Shown here piece after piece: positions 1 through 13,295 of a stretch of 64,000 nucleotides of DNA; within the stretch, counting starts at the first letter, position 1, and each line of letters begins with the position of its first letter. This DNA is from Cycas panzhihuaensis. Its lineage: Eukaryota; Plantae; Cycadophyta. The DNA is taken from assembly GCA_023213395.1 (NCBI GenBank), contig CM041465.1:192517741-192581740 (forward strand), written 5' to 3'. A program made the translations under genes and the position numbers. Below the pieces are notes generated by a model. The model was not told where the DNA came from, searched no databases, and saw only the letters and a program-made list of their open reading frames with translations.

Positions 1-3000
1 ATCATCCATCTACTCCTTCTAGTAATTGGTTAGCACTTTCATTAGCTACTTTGATGTCCTTTTGAAATTAGGACCAAAGCCTTACTCTTCATCAAATAGG
101 AAGTTGTAGAGTCTTCCTATGACTTTGTTTGTCACTTTTAAGACTTGGTCCATGCTTCTTCTCTTTGGATGATGACCTACTTTGTGACTTGTTCATTAGT
201 GCCTTGAGACCCCTAGTCCACCTAGAGCTTTTTAAGTTTAGGCCCACTTTTTATGAGGATGTGATTGAGAAATGTTTAGCTTTTCGGTGTATTTGAAATC
301 TTATTAAGGATCAAAAGTTGATGAAACTCTCTATCTCTAAGGATAAATCGGTCTATCTTGAAACCTAAATCTTTTAAGGTGATTGTATCTATGATAATCT
401 TACCTCTGCTATTCAAGCCCTTAAAAGGTTAATCAACACTAAGTTGCATATTAACTCTTCCCTTGCTACCAAAGTTAAGAAGGAAACAAGAGTTGTCCAA
501 TTTGTAGAGTCAAAGAAAGGCCAAACCCCTACCCTCCTCCTCCTAAGAAAATGTCATGGTGCTCTTACCACCAAATTGATATATGTGAATGGAAAGATTA
601 TAACAAGTTTAAGGCCATGTTTCACTATGGTCAAATCGATGATAAGCTTACATTTCGATCGAATCATGATTATTTGAGCCATAAAGACCCACTACTCAAC
701 CATACTAAGAAAGGTCTTAAAGATAAGGGAAATGCCAAATCTAGAGATATTAGGGATGACTCTGATTCAGATACTCATTCCTTGAGTAAAAAGGCCTTCT
801 CCACCTAAATGGGACCCTAAGAAGGATAATGCTCAAACTAAACCTCAACCAAGAGAGGGAGAATCTAAAAAGACCATTAACATGGTGGAAGCAATTAAAT
901 CTCTTTCATCATCTAAACCTATCAATGAAGACCCTCTATCTAAAGATAAACCATAAGATGCCCTTGCATAGTTACTAGTTAAACCCATGATTTTAGGTCT
1001 AGCCCACAATATACCAAAGAGGATTCTTTTCCTCTTGTTAAGGAATTAGAGACGATTTACACTGGAATCTCAATCATGGACCTTCTCAAGAGCTACCCTA
1101 ATCAAAGACAACTCCTCCTTGATATTCTTGGGGTGTGTGAGGCCTAATTCACTTGGCAAACCTAATTTAGTCTTCGGTCCCACAACATTGCCTAGGGAAC
1201 AAGAAAGAAATCATAATGAAACAACCCCATTTTATATTGAGACCATGAAGGAAGACATTAAGATCAAAAGGTGTAATGTGCATGAGGCTTCTCTGGTCAG
1301 CGTTATACCTTTATGCCTTTAAAAAGACCTAGAGATATCAACTTGCAAGATGGTTGAATAGGTTTATTAAAGTTATGGAAAATTTAAAAAACCTTGATTG
1401 GTTAAGTTACCCTTCCACTTACTTTATCCAGTAATATTATTATGGCAGAGGACATTATTGTTGACTTTGATCTTGAATTCAACATGTTACTTGGATGATC
1501 ATGGATCAACCAGATATTAGCAGTCTATTCCCCACTCTTCCATGAGCTCAAATTTATTCATGAAGGTAAGCTCAAAGTTATTAAGTATAAGAACAAACCC
1601 ATCCAAAAATCTATCCCATTGGTGGATGTCATCCTTGAAGAAGGGGAACCCTCCTCCTCATTTGTTTCCTTAGGTTTTGGACAATGTTTTGATATAAAAA
1701 CTACTTCCACATGTAACTCAAGAAGAGGTAAAGCAAGTTTATATGACCACCGTTATTCCTTTCTAGGATTAATTCCCTTTTGATCATGTTAATTCTACTT
1801 TGTCTCCTAACCAAATTAAGGGATATTATTTACTCATTGGCTTCTCTAGCATGCCTATAACATAATTTTCCATTGAGTCTCAATTTATCTTTCTTTCCTA
1901 ACTTGATTGGGACCTCCCTGTCTAAATGCCCCTCTTACGGGAGATAACCACTCTTATTGATATTGTTCCCCACACTCCCATTCCTTCATTACATCGGTCT
2001 CCCACTTCAGACCAACTACTCTATGCTCCTCCCCATGATAAAGATTTAGTCCTTAGAAGTATCTTCCACTTTAACCATTTTGAGAATGATGAGGGTATTC
2101 TTGAACACTTTGAGGGAGTCTCTCCTAATCCCCTATTTAATCATCACAAGGTTGGTTTCACTAAATATATCCAATATGGTTCACCTTTGGTAATAAAAGT
2201 TCTTGACATAACTATTCCTTTTTACCATTTGACCTAATCCTATCTTACTTTGAAGAGGGAAATGTAATACTTGTAGAAGATATTATTGTCATCAACCTTG
2301 GGATTAATGACCAACCTAGGGTAATTAAGGTTAGAGCTAGTTATTCATCCCTTGAGATTCAACAGTTGAAATGCCTCTTTATCAAGTTCTTTTCTATCTT
2401 TGCATGGGTCTATACCAATGTGAAAGGCTTATACCACGATGTTGTAGCTCATAATATTACTACCATCCTTGGGGCCAAACCTAAGTATTAGAAATAAAGG
2501 CCCATTCATCCTTGACTTTCAATTACTATCAAACAAGAAGTTGAGAAACTCCTAAAAGCTAGTTTCATTGAGTCAATAAATTACTCCCAATGGGTATCTA
2601 ATTTTATTCCCATCACCAACAAGTATATATCCATTTACATTTGCATTGACTTTTGTGATGTTAATGATTCTTGCTTAAAGGACAACTTCCCTTTACCACT
2701 CATTGACTAGATTTAGGGCCAAATAACTAGATTCAAAATAATGTCTCTTATGGATGGCTTCTTGGGTTATAACCAAATTCTCATTTCCCTGAGGATCACC
2801 ATAAAATAACCTTCACTATGCTGTGGGGGGCATTTTCCTATAAAGTAATGCCGTCTAGCCTTAAGAATACTAAGGCTACTTACTAGTGGGCTATGATTTT
2901 TATCTTCCATGACCTATTGGGAATTACTATCATAGTCTGCTTAGATTATATTTTGGGATTGTGATGTCATCAAGAGGATCACATTCAGGACCTTAGAACC

Positions 3001-5183
3001 ATTTCTTAGTGTTGTTAAAATTATTAGCTTTGCCTAAATCCCAATAGTGTGTTTTTACGGTCGCCTTTGATAAGATACTCAAAATCATTGTATTAAGAGA
3101 TGGTATTAAAGTTGACCTTAACAAAAACATAACTATTATTGAAATACCTCCACCTCACAATAAAAATAAGTCAAATCCTTCCTTAAAAGGTTTGGGTTCT
3201 TACACCATTTTCTTGCTAACTTTTTTGCCAGTACCAAGCCCCTTACTAATATCCTTAAAATGGATGCTTCCTTTCAATGGATTATGGCCATATAAGAATC
3301 CTTTGATAAAGCTTAAACAAAAATTAATCTCATCCCCAATACATTCCCCACCATACCTTGATAAACCTTTCATTCTTTACAACTCTTCTACTGAGGAGTC
3401 TCTTGGAGTTATGCTAGCTGAAAAAGATGAGTTTGGTTGTGAATAAGCCATTTATTTCATTAGTCATACCTTGGTTATTGTAAAACTAAACTACATCCCA
3501 TTTGAAAAAGAATGCTTGGCCCTAGTTTTTGTAACCAAGAAACTACACCATTGCTTACTAGGCAATACCACCCACATTATTACACAGTTAGACCTAGTCC
3601 ACATGTTACTAACTAAAGCTAATCTAACCAAGCAAGCAAATGGCCCTTATTTTCACAAGAATTTGACTTGCGAATGTTCAATCACAAGTAAAAGAAGGGG
3701 ATGGTAATTATTGAACAACTTACCATAGTGCTTCTCTCTAACAACAATCACATTGCTATTCATGATACCCTTTGAATTAAGTATATTTTTTAAGTCAATG
3801 TTACTCCCAATGAGTTAGACTAGTATAAGGACATCGAGGCTACCTTTTAGATCAAACATATCCTTTGATACCATTTCTAAAAGAGGAATTGAGTTAGGGA
3901 AGTTACATACGATCTCCTCCTTGATGAAGTGCTATATAAGTGTTCTATTAATGGAGTCTTACTATAGTAACTCTCCTCTATAGAGGCTTAACTTATATTG
4001 ATTAAATGGCATGATGGCATATGTGGTGGCTACTTTGGTGGCTAATTTATTAGCTTATGCATCCTACATATATTAGATATTATTGGTTTACCATATTTAA
4101 GGATGTATACCTTCATGTACAAAAATGTGAGCAGTGCCAAGCATACCCCTCATTGATCCATCAACCAACTACACTTTTAAGTTTAATTCTCTATATATGG
4201 CTTTTTTCCCAATGGGGTCTTGACCTCATTAAGAAGATTTATCCTCCATCATTTATAGGTCATAAGCTTATCTTACCGCCATTGAATGTTTCATAAAGTA
4301 TAGTGAGGCGCTTCCCTTGAGCATAATGACTAGGAAGGTGATCGCTACCTTCATCTTTCAATATATTATTTGTAGGTTTAGAGTTTTTGAAGTTATTGTC
4401 ATAGATAATAGAACTCTATTTTGTAACTCCCATGTAGATGAGTTATGTAACAAGTTCTATATTACTTATAGGATGTCATCTCCATATCACCTAGAAGCAA
4501 ATGGTTAGATTAAAGCCTTTAATAAAACATTGGATAGAATTTTAGTTAAGATAGTAGTATTGTCATTGATGTTAGCATGCATAACTCTTTCATGCCTTAT
4601 AGGTATATTGCACCTCCATACAAACTATAATAGGGATGACTATATTTTCTTTAGTCTATGGGATCAAAGTTATCCTCCCATTAGAGGTCAAGATCTCTTC
4701 ACTATAAGTATCACTCAAACACTTCACTGATGAGGAAAGGATGAGGAAAGTAAGACTATTGAAACTTAAAATAATGGATGAGACCTATCTTAAAGCCTAT
4801 TAAAAAAATTTAGCCTAAAAACCTAAGCTTCAATGACCCATGATAGATATTTGTGACCAAAAATTTTATGTGGGAGATAAAGTACTCAAGCTAGAATACC
4901 TTCATGACAAGCAAAGAGAGTTTGACTTTAAATAGATGGATCCTACCTAATAATCAAAGACCTAGATAATGGAGCTTAACACATCTCCACTCTTGAGGGC
5001 CTTGAATTTTAGAAGGCTATCAATTCTTAATTCTTAAAGAAGTACTATGTATAACTTGGTCATGCATCACTTTATAAATGAGCTTAAACTATGACCTCCT
5101 CACCGAAGTTCAATACTTGAAAGGAGCCATACTTAATTATCCTTCCATAGGACATGGGTCTCTTCACTTTGAATTCAAGTATA

Positions 5184-5219
<36 letters not shown>

Positions 5220-8200
5220 TTTTCTAAAAAATATTAAAAATAATAAATTCATAAAACAACAAAAACATGTTTGATTTTAGCTCTTTTTAACTTTGTTCAT
5301 AATCTTGGGTCTCCCAAGACCTTCTAATCCCCAACTCAAGCCAATATGATGGTTTTCAGTTATAGGTCCAAGTAGTTGGCTTCTTCATTTGACACTATAT
5401 CTTACTCAAGTAATTTCTTCTACTTGTAAGTTAGATGTCTCTATTACACATGACCATTCGCACTCATCTTTCTCTTAATTCACTAATCTAGTAAAGAGTT
5501 CCTTTATACCTATTTGACAATTAAAGAATCCTTTAGTTCTTAGTCAAATGATAAAGTCAAACACTTACTAATCTCCTTACTCAACTTTAACAACATATAA
5601 GTTATCATCAAGCTCTCAAGTTACTTAAACATTAGTCATATAATTAGCCTTAGTTTACTTATTTCCCTCTTAATGCATTTTGTGCTCAATGTTGTAGCGA
5701 GAATACTTACATAATCTCTTAGATGATGGCATTCTTTTACTCTTGCAATTTGTATCCATTACTATTGAGCTATTTCTATACAATTAAAATGTTGAAGCTA
5801 ACTCAATCATCTATCATATCCTTTATTACCATTATTTATAGGTCTATCACTTCAAGTTGGGGTATTGATCACTCTCAACATGAGTATAAACTAACTATTC
5901 CCCACAATCGAATAAACTATGGCTCTAAGAAATCCATCCAAAGAATGAGGCTAAATTATGGTGATTATATTTTTTCCTTTAAGACCCCATGCTCTCACTT
6001 GCTCAAGAAATGTAGAATGGTCACTAAATAGATTGAATTATGGTGACTACACCTTTGAAAATCAACCACTAGTGAGGCTAAACTATTGTAAGAATGTTTT
6101 TATACATAGGGTAGTTTGCATTTGTATCCAAAAATAAAATTACTAAAATAAAATGTTAAAAACTCAAAAACTTAGGTGGCTATTTAAGAAGATGGTTTAG
6201 AAGAATAGGTAGGACTTTATTAAGCCCCACAATCAATCTCATCCTCCCTTTCCTTCATCCTTTTCTTATTACTTACATCCTTATACTTTCAAGCAACTCA
6301 ATAAATATGTTAAGTAGCCTATGTTCTTAAATAACTTAGTTTAGACAAGATTGGAAATATTCACCATCTTTCTTTAACTTGTTTATAGAGTTTTCCTTAC
6401 CAAAGGGTAAATGTTTCAATCAATAATATCCCTTTTCAACATTGACTAGGTCTCTTGGATCTTGTTTGTATGAATGTATTATGAGTTAATAGACTACTTG
6501 TCATGAAGATTAGATGATTGCATTCGATTATGCTTATGATTGATTATTATTTCCTATGATGCAAAAATCACAAAAGTGCTTACTAAAATGGTGTACTCTA
6601 GCTTCCTCCCAAGTTGAGCTCCACCTTGATATTATATTTTTGTCATCCTTTTTGATATTTCTTCATTGAATAGTCCATGTTGATCCTCAAATTCCTAGCT
6701 TCACTTCATTATGCTCTTTCAATGACCTCACAATTTACTTTTCATCGGTCATCACCCTATTCTTTTATGAAAATTTAGAAGGAATTATTAGGTTTTCATC
6801 ACTTTTGGCTTGTTATATTTTTCATTATAGGTCATATTTTTGGGCTTACCCAAAAATGTGACTTAATAAAATATGATCTTTGAGTTGGTCATATTTTTAC
6901 TACTTTTGAATGTTGCATTTTTATTATAGTTCATGTTTTTCATTATAGGTCACACTTTTACTTTCTTGCACTAAAAAATCTTGATAAGCTATTTTTCCTA
7001 TTATATAGATATTAGTTTGCAATAAACTATGACCCTACCTTCCTTTGGTTTTCTCATTTTTCCTCCCATTCTTTAGCCTATAAATCTCATTTATTTTCTT
7101 AAGAAAAGAGAGAACTTTATGCAATAAAGTGCTACTAAATTATCATCCTAATCTTTTGACTTCTATCAACCTAACTTAGTGTGATTTTGGATCTTGAAAG
7201 GCTAACATGTGTGCAAGATTTATATACTTATTTACTCTTCTGGTAACGAGTATGTTGGGTTGCAAGGTGCATACTTAAAGGTGTTTTCATAAATTGTCCT
7301 ATTTTTTCCTTAGTTTCTTTTTGGGTATGATTTTCTTTTAAAATTCAAGTTTAGTTTTCATTCTTTTCCTTCATAAGACAAAAGAAAGATACTCTCAAGA
7401 ATAGAGAACTTCCTTCTCAACTCAAGAAAGCTCATTAAGAAAGCCCTAATGCTCATGAGCTCATGAATAAAGAGGAATCCCTCACAGAGTGAGACCTAAG
7501 GTCTTAGACTCTTTTGCCATAGAGTTTTAAGCCTCCTTATTCCTTCATCCTCGCTTTCTTCTTGTTTCTTTTATACATTAAGAAAAAGGAGAAATAAAGA
7601 AAGGTGTAGTGTAAGTAGTAGGTGCATATTTATCTTTTGTATGGGCTATTAATGTTACCAATATTTAGTGCTTACTTTCATTTGCTCAAAGGAAATATCA
7701 ATATCCTTTACATATTGATAAATCATGACAAGAAGAGAACCTCCTCTAGTTACACCTTTATATTGAAAAAAATGAGGTAGGCCATTCTTTAGCTATTATT
7801 TTCTTTTTGGTTCTTCTTTTAACTCAAAATAAAAAAAAGGAAAGGAACAACTGAGAGTCTCTTTAATAGTCCTATTGTTTGGTTTGGTGGCTTTGAAAGG
7901 ATTTCTCTTTTTAAGTAGCCAAGATAATTGTAAGAGCATTTGAAAAATCCCATCATTTCTCTTTAGATGTGTGTTGGGCATAGGTGAATATCATCTTAAA
8001 AAATAAAAAAGAAAAGAAAATGTCATGTATGTATAGGTGCATTAGATAAAGTCATGTTAGCCTAAGTTAGTTTTCTTTAGTATTTTACCTAATTGATTAT
8101 TACTTGTTGTTTATATTTAAAAGAAAACTGCATCCTAGATATGTAATTAGGGCTTAACTTCTCTTGTGTGGTTTACGTAAGTTAGGTCTTGTCCCTTCAT

Positions 8201-9060
8201 TTATGACTTGCTTGATCACTTAAGATTTAGCATCTATGGTGTACAAGCTTGTTCTCTCTTATGGATAAATTCATCCTATCATTAGAGAATTTTTTATCAA
8301 TTAAGACTTGATATCTTTGATATACAAACCTCCTCTTCCTTAGGATTAATTTTTTGTCATGTTTTAAACACTAAAGATCTTAGATTTTTGTCATACGTTA
8401 GGTTGAGAGCGACTCTCTCCTTTCTCTTATATTCACCTCTAACTGCAAGAATCTATTAGAATCATATGCAAGCATCCCCAAGTCATCCATTCTCATGGGT
8501 GGATCATCATCCAATGAGATATTCCCTAATGACTTATCCTTGATGGTGTCATTAATCTAAAGTCCAAGCTCTCCTAGATCTTTACATCTATTAGTCCTTC
8601 TATGCTTTACCTAGATCATCATATATTATTTTCCTTTTAGGTGGGATAGTGGTCTAGGTTAAGGCATCATCTTTAGAGAGATATTGGGGATAGACAAGCG
8701 AAAACTTAGGACATTTATTTGGGTAAAACCCTACGAACCTTTCACATGTTGAAAGTTTATTTGCTATCTTCCCCAAGCTAAAGGGGTCTTATTTGTATTA
8801 TTCACTTAATTTAGATTATCATATTCATTTCTTGATTTGAGTTTATTATGTAAATAATAGAATGGATGAGTAATATTTTGATCTTTCTACTTACCTAACA
8901 CACAACTAAAGATTCATCCCTTCTCCTTAAGGGAAGATTCAAGGATCTAATTAGGTCATTTCACTTTTACCGTTTCCTTCCCTTCCCCTCCTAACCCTCT
9001 CCTTTGCAAGAATCATTCACCTAAATTCTCATTAGTGACTTGCCTTAAGATTTGGCATTA
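1..9060 (+). mobile_element. Degenerate Ty3/Gypsy (non-chromovirus, Tat/Ogre-like) retrotransposon, 3' part: gag end, PR, RT, RH, IN, 3' LTR
   Basis: Motifs DNFPLPLI and MDGFLGYNQI (~2680-2780), LNYIPFEKECLALVF (RH, ~3485), HDGICGG and QWGLDLI..IYPPS (IN, 4010-4250), SSPYHLEANG. Many stops and frameshifts. Confidence 0.9.
6412..9060 (+). repeat. 3' LTR (~2.65 kb) of the Gypsy element, copy A
   Basis: Starts TGTTTCAATCAA after a purine tract (caaagggtaaa). Homologous to 49739-52563 and 60594-63281. Ends gatttggcatta (decayed CA). Confidence 0.85.
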
Positions 9061-10582
9061 ACATATTTACTTGTTGGTGATTTAATAACTTTCTAAGTAT
9101 TATTCTACTTCATAGTAGAGATTGCAACATCTGTTGTTGTTCTCCACTTTTACTCTTAGAAAGTCTTCTCAAAACTCAAAGTCTCATCAACATTAAGTAC
9201 ATCTACCATCAAGTAAAATTAACCATATTAGGTATCATCCTCAATTTTATTTCCCTTTGGTCTTGGGTAACTAAGCTTCTATTACTATTTTTAAGTACTA
9301 CTTAGGGAGTTTCTTGGCAATTGAAGTAACCTTATATTGTATTTTATTATATGATTCCTAAGTATCTTAATATTCCTCCTCCTCATCTTCCATTTCAACT
9401 TTAGCTAATATATTAGCTAGCTTCACTTAGTATTTGGATCAATAAATTATTGCCTCAAAGAATTAAACTTTAGTTGTTTCTTAATCTATTTCCTTTTGTA
9501 TTACTATATCTTTAAAGTGTGTAGGTCAAGATCTCACTTGTTAACTTCTTAAAATATGACATCCCAAGTTGTGTATACCTTTCTAGTTACCAACTCAAAT
9601 ACCTAACTCATTTTTCTTTCGTTTCCATACTTAATAAGGATATACTTATAACTCTTATCATCATTTTTAAAATATTTTTCCTTTATAACATGTAGATCTA
9701 TAATGCTCCTAAAGATTCTAAGATGGTTCACTATTGCCTTTCTCCTTAGTCAAGATTTTTTTGATATCATATTCTAAAATGCCTTTGTTGAATTCTTATT
9801 AACCGAGATATGTTATTATGCAAATAACTTCAATGTAAAAGAATTCATCATTAGCTTGGCCTTTCCAACCAAAGTTTTATTCATCCTCTCATCAACTATA
9901 TTTTCTGAAGTGTGTTTCCTATTAGCTATTTTTATGTCATGGTCCTTACAAAACTAGATAAAGGTATTAAAGGTGTGTTCTTCCCATTATTCGATCTAAG
10001 GATTTTAAACCTTTGATCATTTTTTCCTCCACTTTCACTTTGATCCCTTAAAAGTATCAAAGGTTTGAGATTTCTTCATTATGAGATAAAACTAAACTCT
10101 CCTTGAAAAATCATCAATGAAGGTTAATAAATATCTTACACCTTTGAGTTATATGGTTGGTATTAGACCACAATATCTAAGTGGGTAGGGTTCAACTTTT
10201 AATTGCTCTCTAATCTTTACATTTTATAACTTCTCCTATATTTCTTTCCTATTATATAAGTTTTACAAATAATTTTCATTGGTTTAAGTTCTAGAAGACC
10301 ATGTACTATATTTAATTTATACATTAGATGAAGACAACAGTAATGCAAATGACCCATTCTTTCATGCCATAATTAAAATTTATAAGATGCATTAATGACT
10401 AATATTTTTGGTTTAAAAATTGCCTAAGAGCTTATAAATTCTATTGTCTCTACCACCTTTTATAATAGCTTTCATATCATGGTTGTTGATAATAACCTTT
10501 CTATCCTTGAAAAGAACACTCATACTACTATCTTTAATCTAGTTGACAAAATCAAAATTTTCTTCAATCTTAGTATATATGT

Positions 10583-10861
10583 TGTTAGGATTAGTAATTT
10601 GACAAGCAAATCAAACCCTAATGGTGAGCAACAAAAAATGAAGTATGCACAGAATAGACACCATGTTGGAGAATTGGCCAAAACTCAATTATGAACAAGT
10701 AAGAGTACATACTTATAGTACAACCTCACCACTAGAGAAAGAACCCCATTGGACTACTTAGAGGTGGCACACATATCAAGGTGGCCCACAACTCTAATAC
10801 AATATACAAAAGATAGAGAGAGTTTACATAAGGCTAATGGAATTGAGTATTACACCCAACA
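10583..10861 (-). repeat. 3' LTR of the cargo element
   Basis: TGTTAGGA...CCCAACA; adjacent ttccccca (10862-10869) reads as a polypurine tract on the minus strand. Confidence 0.95.
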
Positions 10862-10914
10862 TTCCCCCATGTAATAGTCAATTACATAAATGTCGTCACT
10901 TCAATGATAAGTTC

Positions 10915-11445
10915 AAGTCTCCAAAAGGTTCTTTGGATCAAAATCATTTCGCACAAAATAAGAAAGCCATTGAAGTCCATATGAAGTAGAGTCCATCTCT
11001 AGGAATGCATGGGTTATCACCGCAACCGCCACTTGATTGGTAGGAACTCCCTCTGTATCGTGGAGCAATCGAGTCGGCAAGAGTAGCTATATAAGGTCCC
11101 ACCCTTGCTCATATGGGAGTGCAAGGAACATATATATAATAAGCACATGGCACATGGCACATGGCAAGAGTCTCCAAAAAGTCTGTTTGGATCATAAATC
11201 TTTCTTGGATCATAAACATTCTTTGGATCATAAACAACTGCCGCCAAGAATAAAAAGCTACTTTGAAGTCCATATGAAGAGGAGTCCATCTAAGGAATGC
11301 ATGGGTTATCACCGCAACCGCCTTGATTGGGTAGGAACTCCCTTTGTATACGTGGAGCAATCGGGGCAAGAGTAGTCGTATAAGGTCCCACCCTTGCTCA
11401 TATGGGAGTGCAAGCGGAAAATATATATGTATAAAGCACATGGCG
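10915..11445 (-). repeat. Two imperfect ~260-290-bp tandem copies of a decayed Copia RT fragment
   Basis: Repeated block gaagtccatatgaag...ataaggtcccacccttgctcatatgggagtgcaag. Minus-strand translation QGWD...IKAVAVITHAFLRWTPLHMDFKVAF resembles Copia RT QGxDY..FAPV...W.LHQMDVK.AF. Confidence 0.7.
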
Positions 11446-11567
11446 AGACAAAGGTAGCTTACGAAAGTGTGTCCTACATCTTCTCAATAGGACTAGCACT
11501 TCTTGACATCTAATGTCCGGAAATACAATGGCACTATGGCCTCAAACATACCACATGGGCTAACAAG

Positions 11568-11704
11568 ATGCCTCATTGGGCTAATCAACTTGCCACCATG
11601 GGCAAAAATAACCCGACATTTGAAATTTTTACATGATGCCTCATTGGGCTAACAACTTGCCACCATGGGCAAAAATAACCGACATGTGAAATTTTTACAT
11701 GATG
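11568..11704. repeat. ~67-bp tandem duplication
   Basis: atgcctcattgggcta...gaaatttttacatg occurs twice in tandem. Confidence 0.9.
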
Positions 11705-12294
11705 AAAATGATATGTGACTTGTGTAGCACATGTGACTCTCTCTCATAAATGAAGTACAATAAGATCACAATGGGTTCTTCAAGAGCTAAAAGGAAGTCC
11801 ATAGTACATGTCATCCCCCCCAATGGGGGTACATTACATCAAGAAAACCTTGAAAGAACAAGATGTGCACTGAAGAAACCGAGAAAAATGAAGATAAATA
11901 GGAACTTATGACTTTGAACTTAAAATTCTCCATGAAAACTCCAAAATATGTCAAATGACTGTCAAATGAAAACTCTCTACATTACGGATCCAACGCATAG
12001 CGATTTAATCGAATCGGACCTCCCAATCTCAAGATACGATGGAAATGTGATAGGTACTCTTTAAGAATCTTTGAAATGGGACGAAATGAAGATTAGCCCC
12101 TTCATGAGTTGGCACAGTCGCATTAAGTCTCCATATGACCGGGGCTAAGTGATGAGGGGCTAGACGGACTTGAAGAGATTATCCAATATAATTAAATCAA
12201 CATTTTCAAACCAAAAAAAATATAACCCTTTTTTAAAACAATTTCACGTCCGCCAAGAATGTAAAAAATAGCCCAAATACTTTTCATAACCCTA

Positions 12295-12695
12295 TTAGGG
12301 TTTATGCAATCGAATAATCGTCGCCTCCATTGAAGATGAAATCTGCAGATTCGAAGATGGGTTGTCGCCATTACAGGTCGACGATGGAGTAGATGAGGGC
12401 GCCATTATTGCGCAGCGAGCCATTCTGTGCAGGTTCGCCATCGAATGCAAATTGTAGGTCAAAGGTTTCTTAACAGTAGATGCAATATCACCAAGGAAGG
12501 AGTTACGGAGAAATCTCTCGCTCGTTACCCGACACAGTAATAAGGAGCTTTGGAGCTCAGCGCGCGATGCACAATGCCAGAACAAGGGTACCCTGGCATC
12601 GATCGACAATCTCAAACAGGGGTCATCATGCCGAAGGCAGAGGTAAAGGCAGAAGTACTGAGCCGCCATAGAGTGAGAGTACGATGGAGAGGAGC
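12295..12695 (-). pseudogene. Second captured fragment: pyrimidine-rich leader, ATGGCG start and Ser/Arg-rich, transit-peptide-like reading frame
   Basis: ctcctctccatcgtactctcactctATGGCGGCT with ATG at 12669. Reads [12 protein letters not shown] (shifted frame) ...ERFLRNSFLG...MARCAIMAPSS. CpG-rich. Donor gene not recognised. Confidence 0.4.
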
Positions 12696-13034
12696 CTTGG
12701 AGCGATTGCAACAGCTGTTCGAGCTCTTGACAAAGTCAATGGCCCCTCCAATAATTAATGCTTGATCTCCCCTTTGAATGTAGGACCGTTGGCTTTCTAC
12801 TTTTTCGATGTTCTTGCAGGCTTTGGATCGTTTCCTCTTCCTTCGCTCCCGAACGACGTCGGTCCTGGTGCTCAATTGGGAGGCGGGATCAACGTTCATT
12901 GACATCCGAGGCTCAGGCGAAGCTACGAAGCCCCCGCCCATGCAATTCTCCAAAGAATTGACGGTGGAAGAGGAATTAGGCTCGCGGGTTGAATCGACAC
13001 CCTCCTCCACTTGCATCCGGTGGAAAGAGTACAT
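12696..13034 (-). pseudogene. Captured, processed fragment of a bHLH subgroup Ia (FAMA/SMF-like) transcription factor with an internal deletion and a frameshift
   Basis: [19 protein letters not shown]|[20 protein letters not shown], then a 1-nt shift into [10 protein letters not shown]. Matches the Ia consensus KRKR..[57 protein letters not shown] without the MTHIA...MPG segment. Confidence 0.9.
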
Positions 13035-13295
13035 ACTTAGAGGAAAAGATCCAGAAACAAGAAGCAATGGAAGCTCTCATTTCCAAGTTTTGTCACTATT
13101 TCTTCTCTCGAAAGCCGCTTATATGACTTCAAGCAACCCACACGTACAATCTCCCTCGTGAGATTATACAACAGACAGTTGAGTCCCAAACTCCTACAGA
13201 CACAACCTCTGCTCCAGAGCTTTAGTGAAAGTAAAAAGTTGAAGACATGACAAAGCTTGGGAAGCTTTCTAACAAGCGAGCCCAACACATAGCGC

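Larger units (their letters stand above)
1..9776. repeat. Segmental duplication, copy A (paralogous to 54165-64000)
   Basis: Window start atcatccatctactcc matches 54165; window end ...gatatcatattcta matches up to 9776. ORFs 444/551 are identical to ORFs 54610/54717. Homology continues past the Gypsy 3' LTR into the flanking Copia. Confidence 0.95.

Noticed and set aside
444-4730. Short ORFs as independent host genes (also 54293-58684)
   Set aside because: They are fragments of the frameshifted Gypsy gag-pol.
12612-13067. Intact FAMA/SMF gene
   Set aside because: Lacks the basic region and helix 1, has a frameshift, shows no C-terminal ACT-like domain, and lies inside an LTR element.
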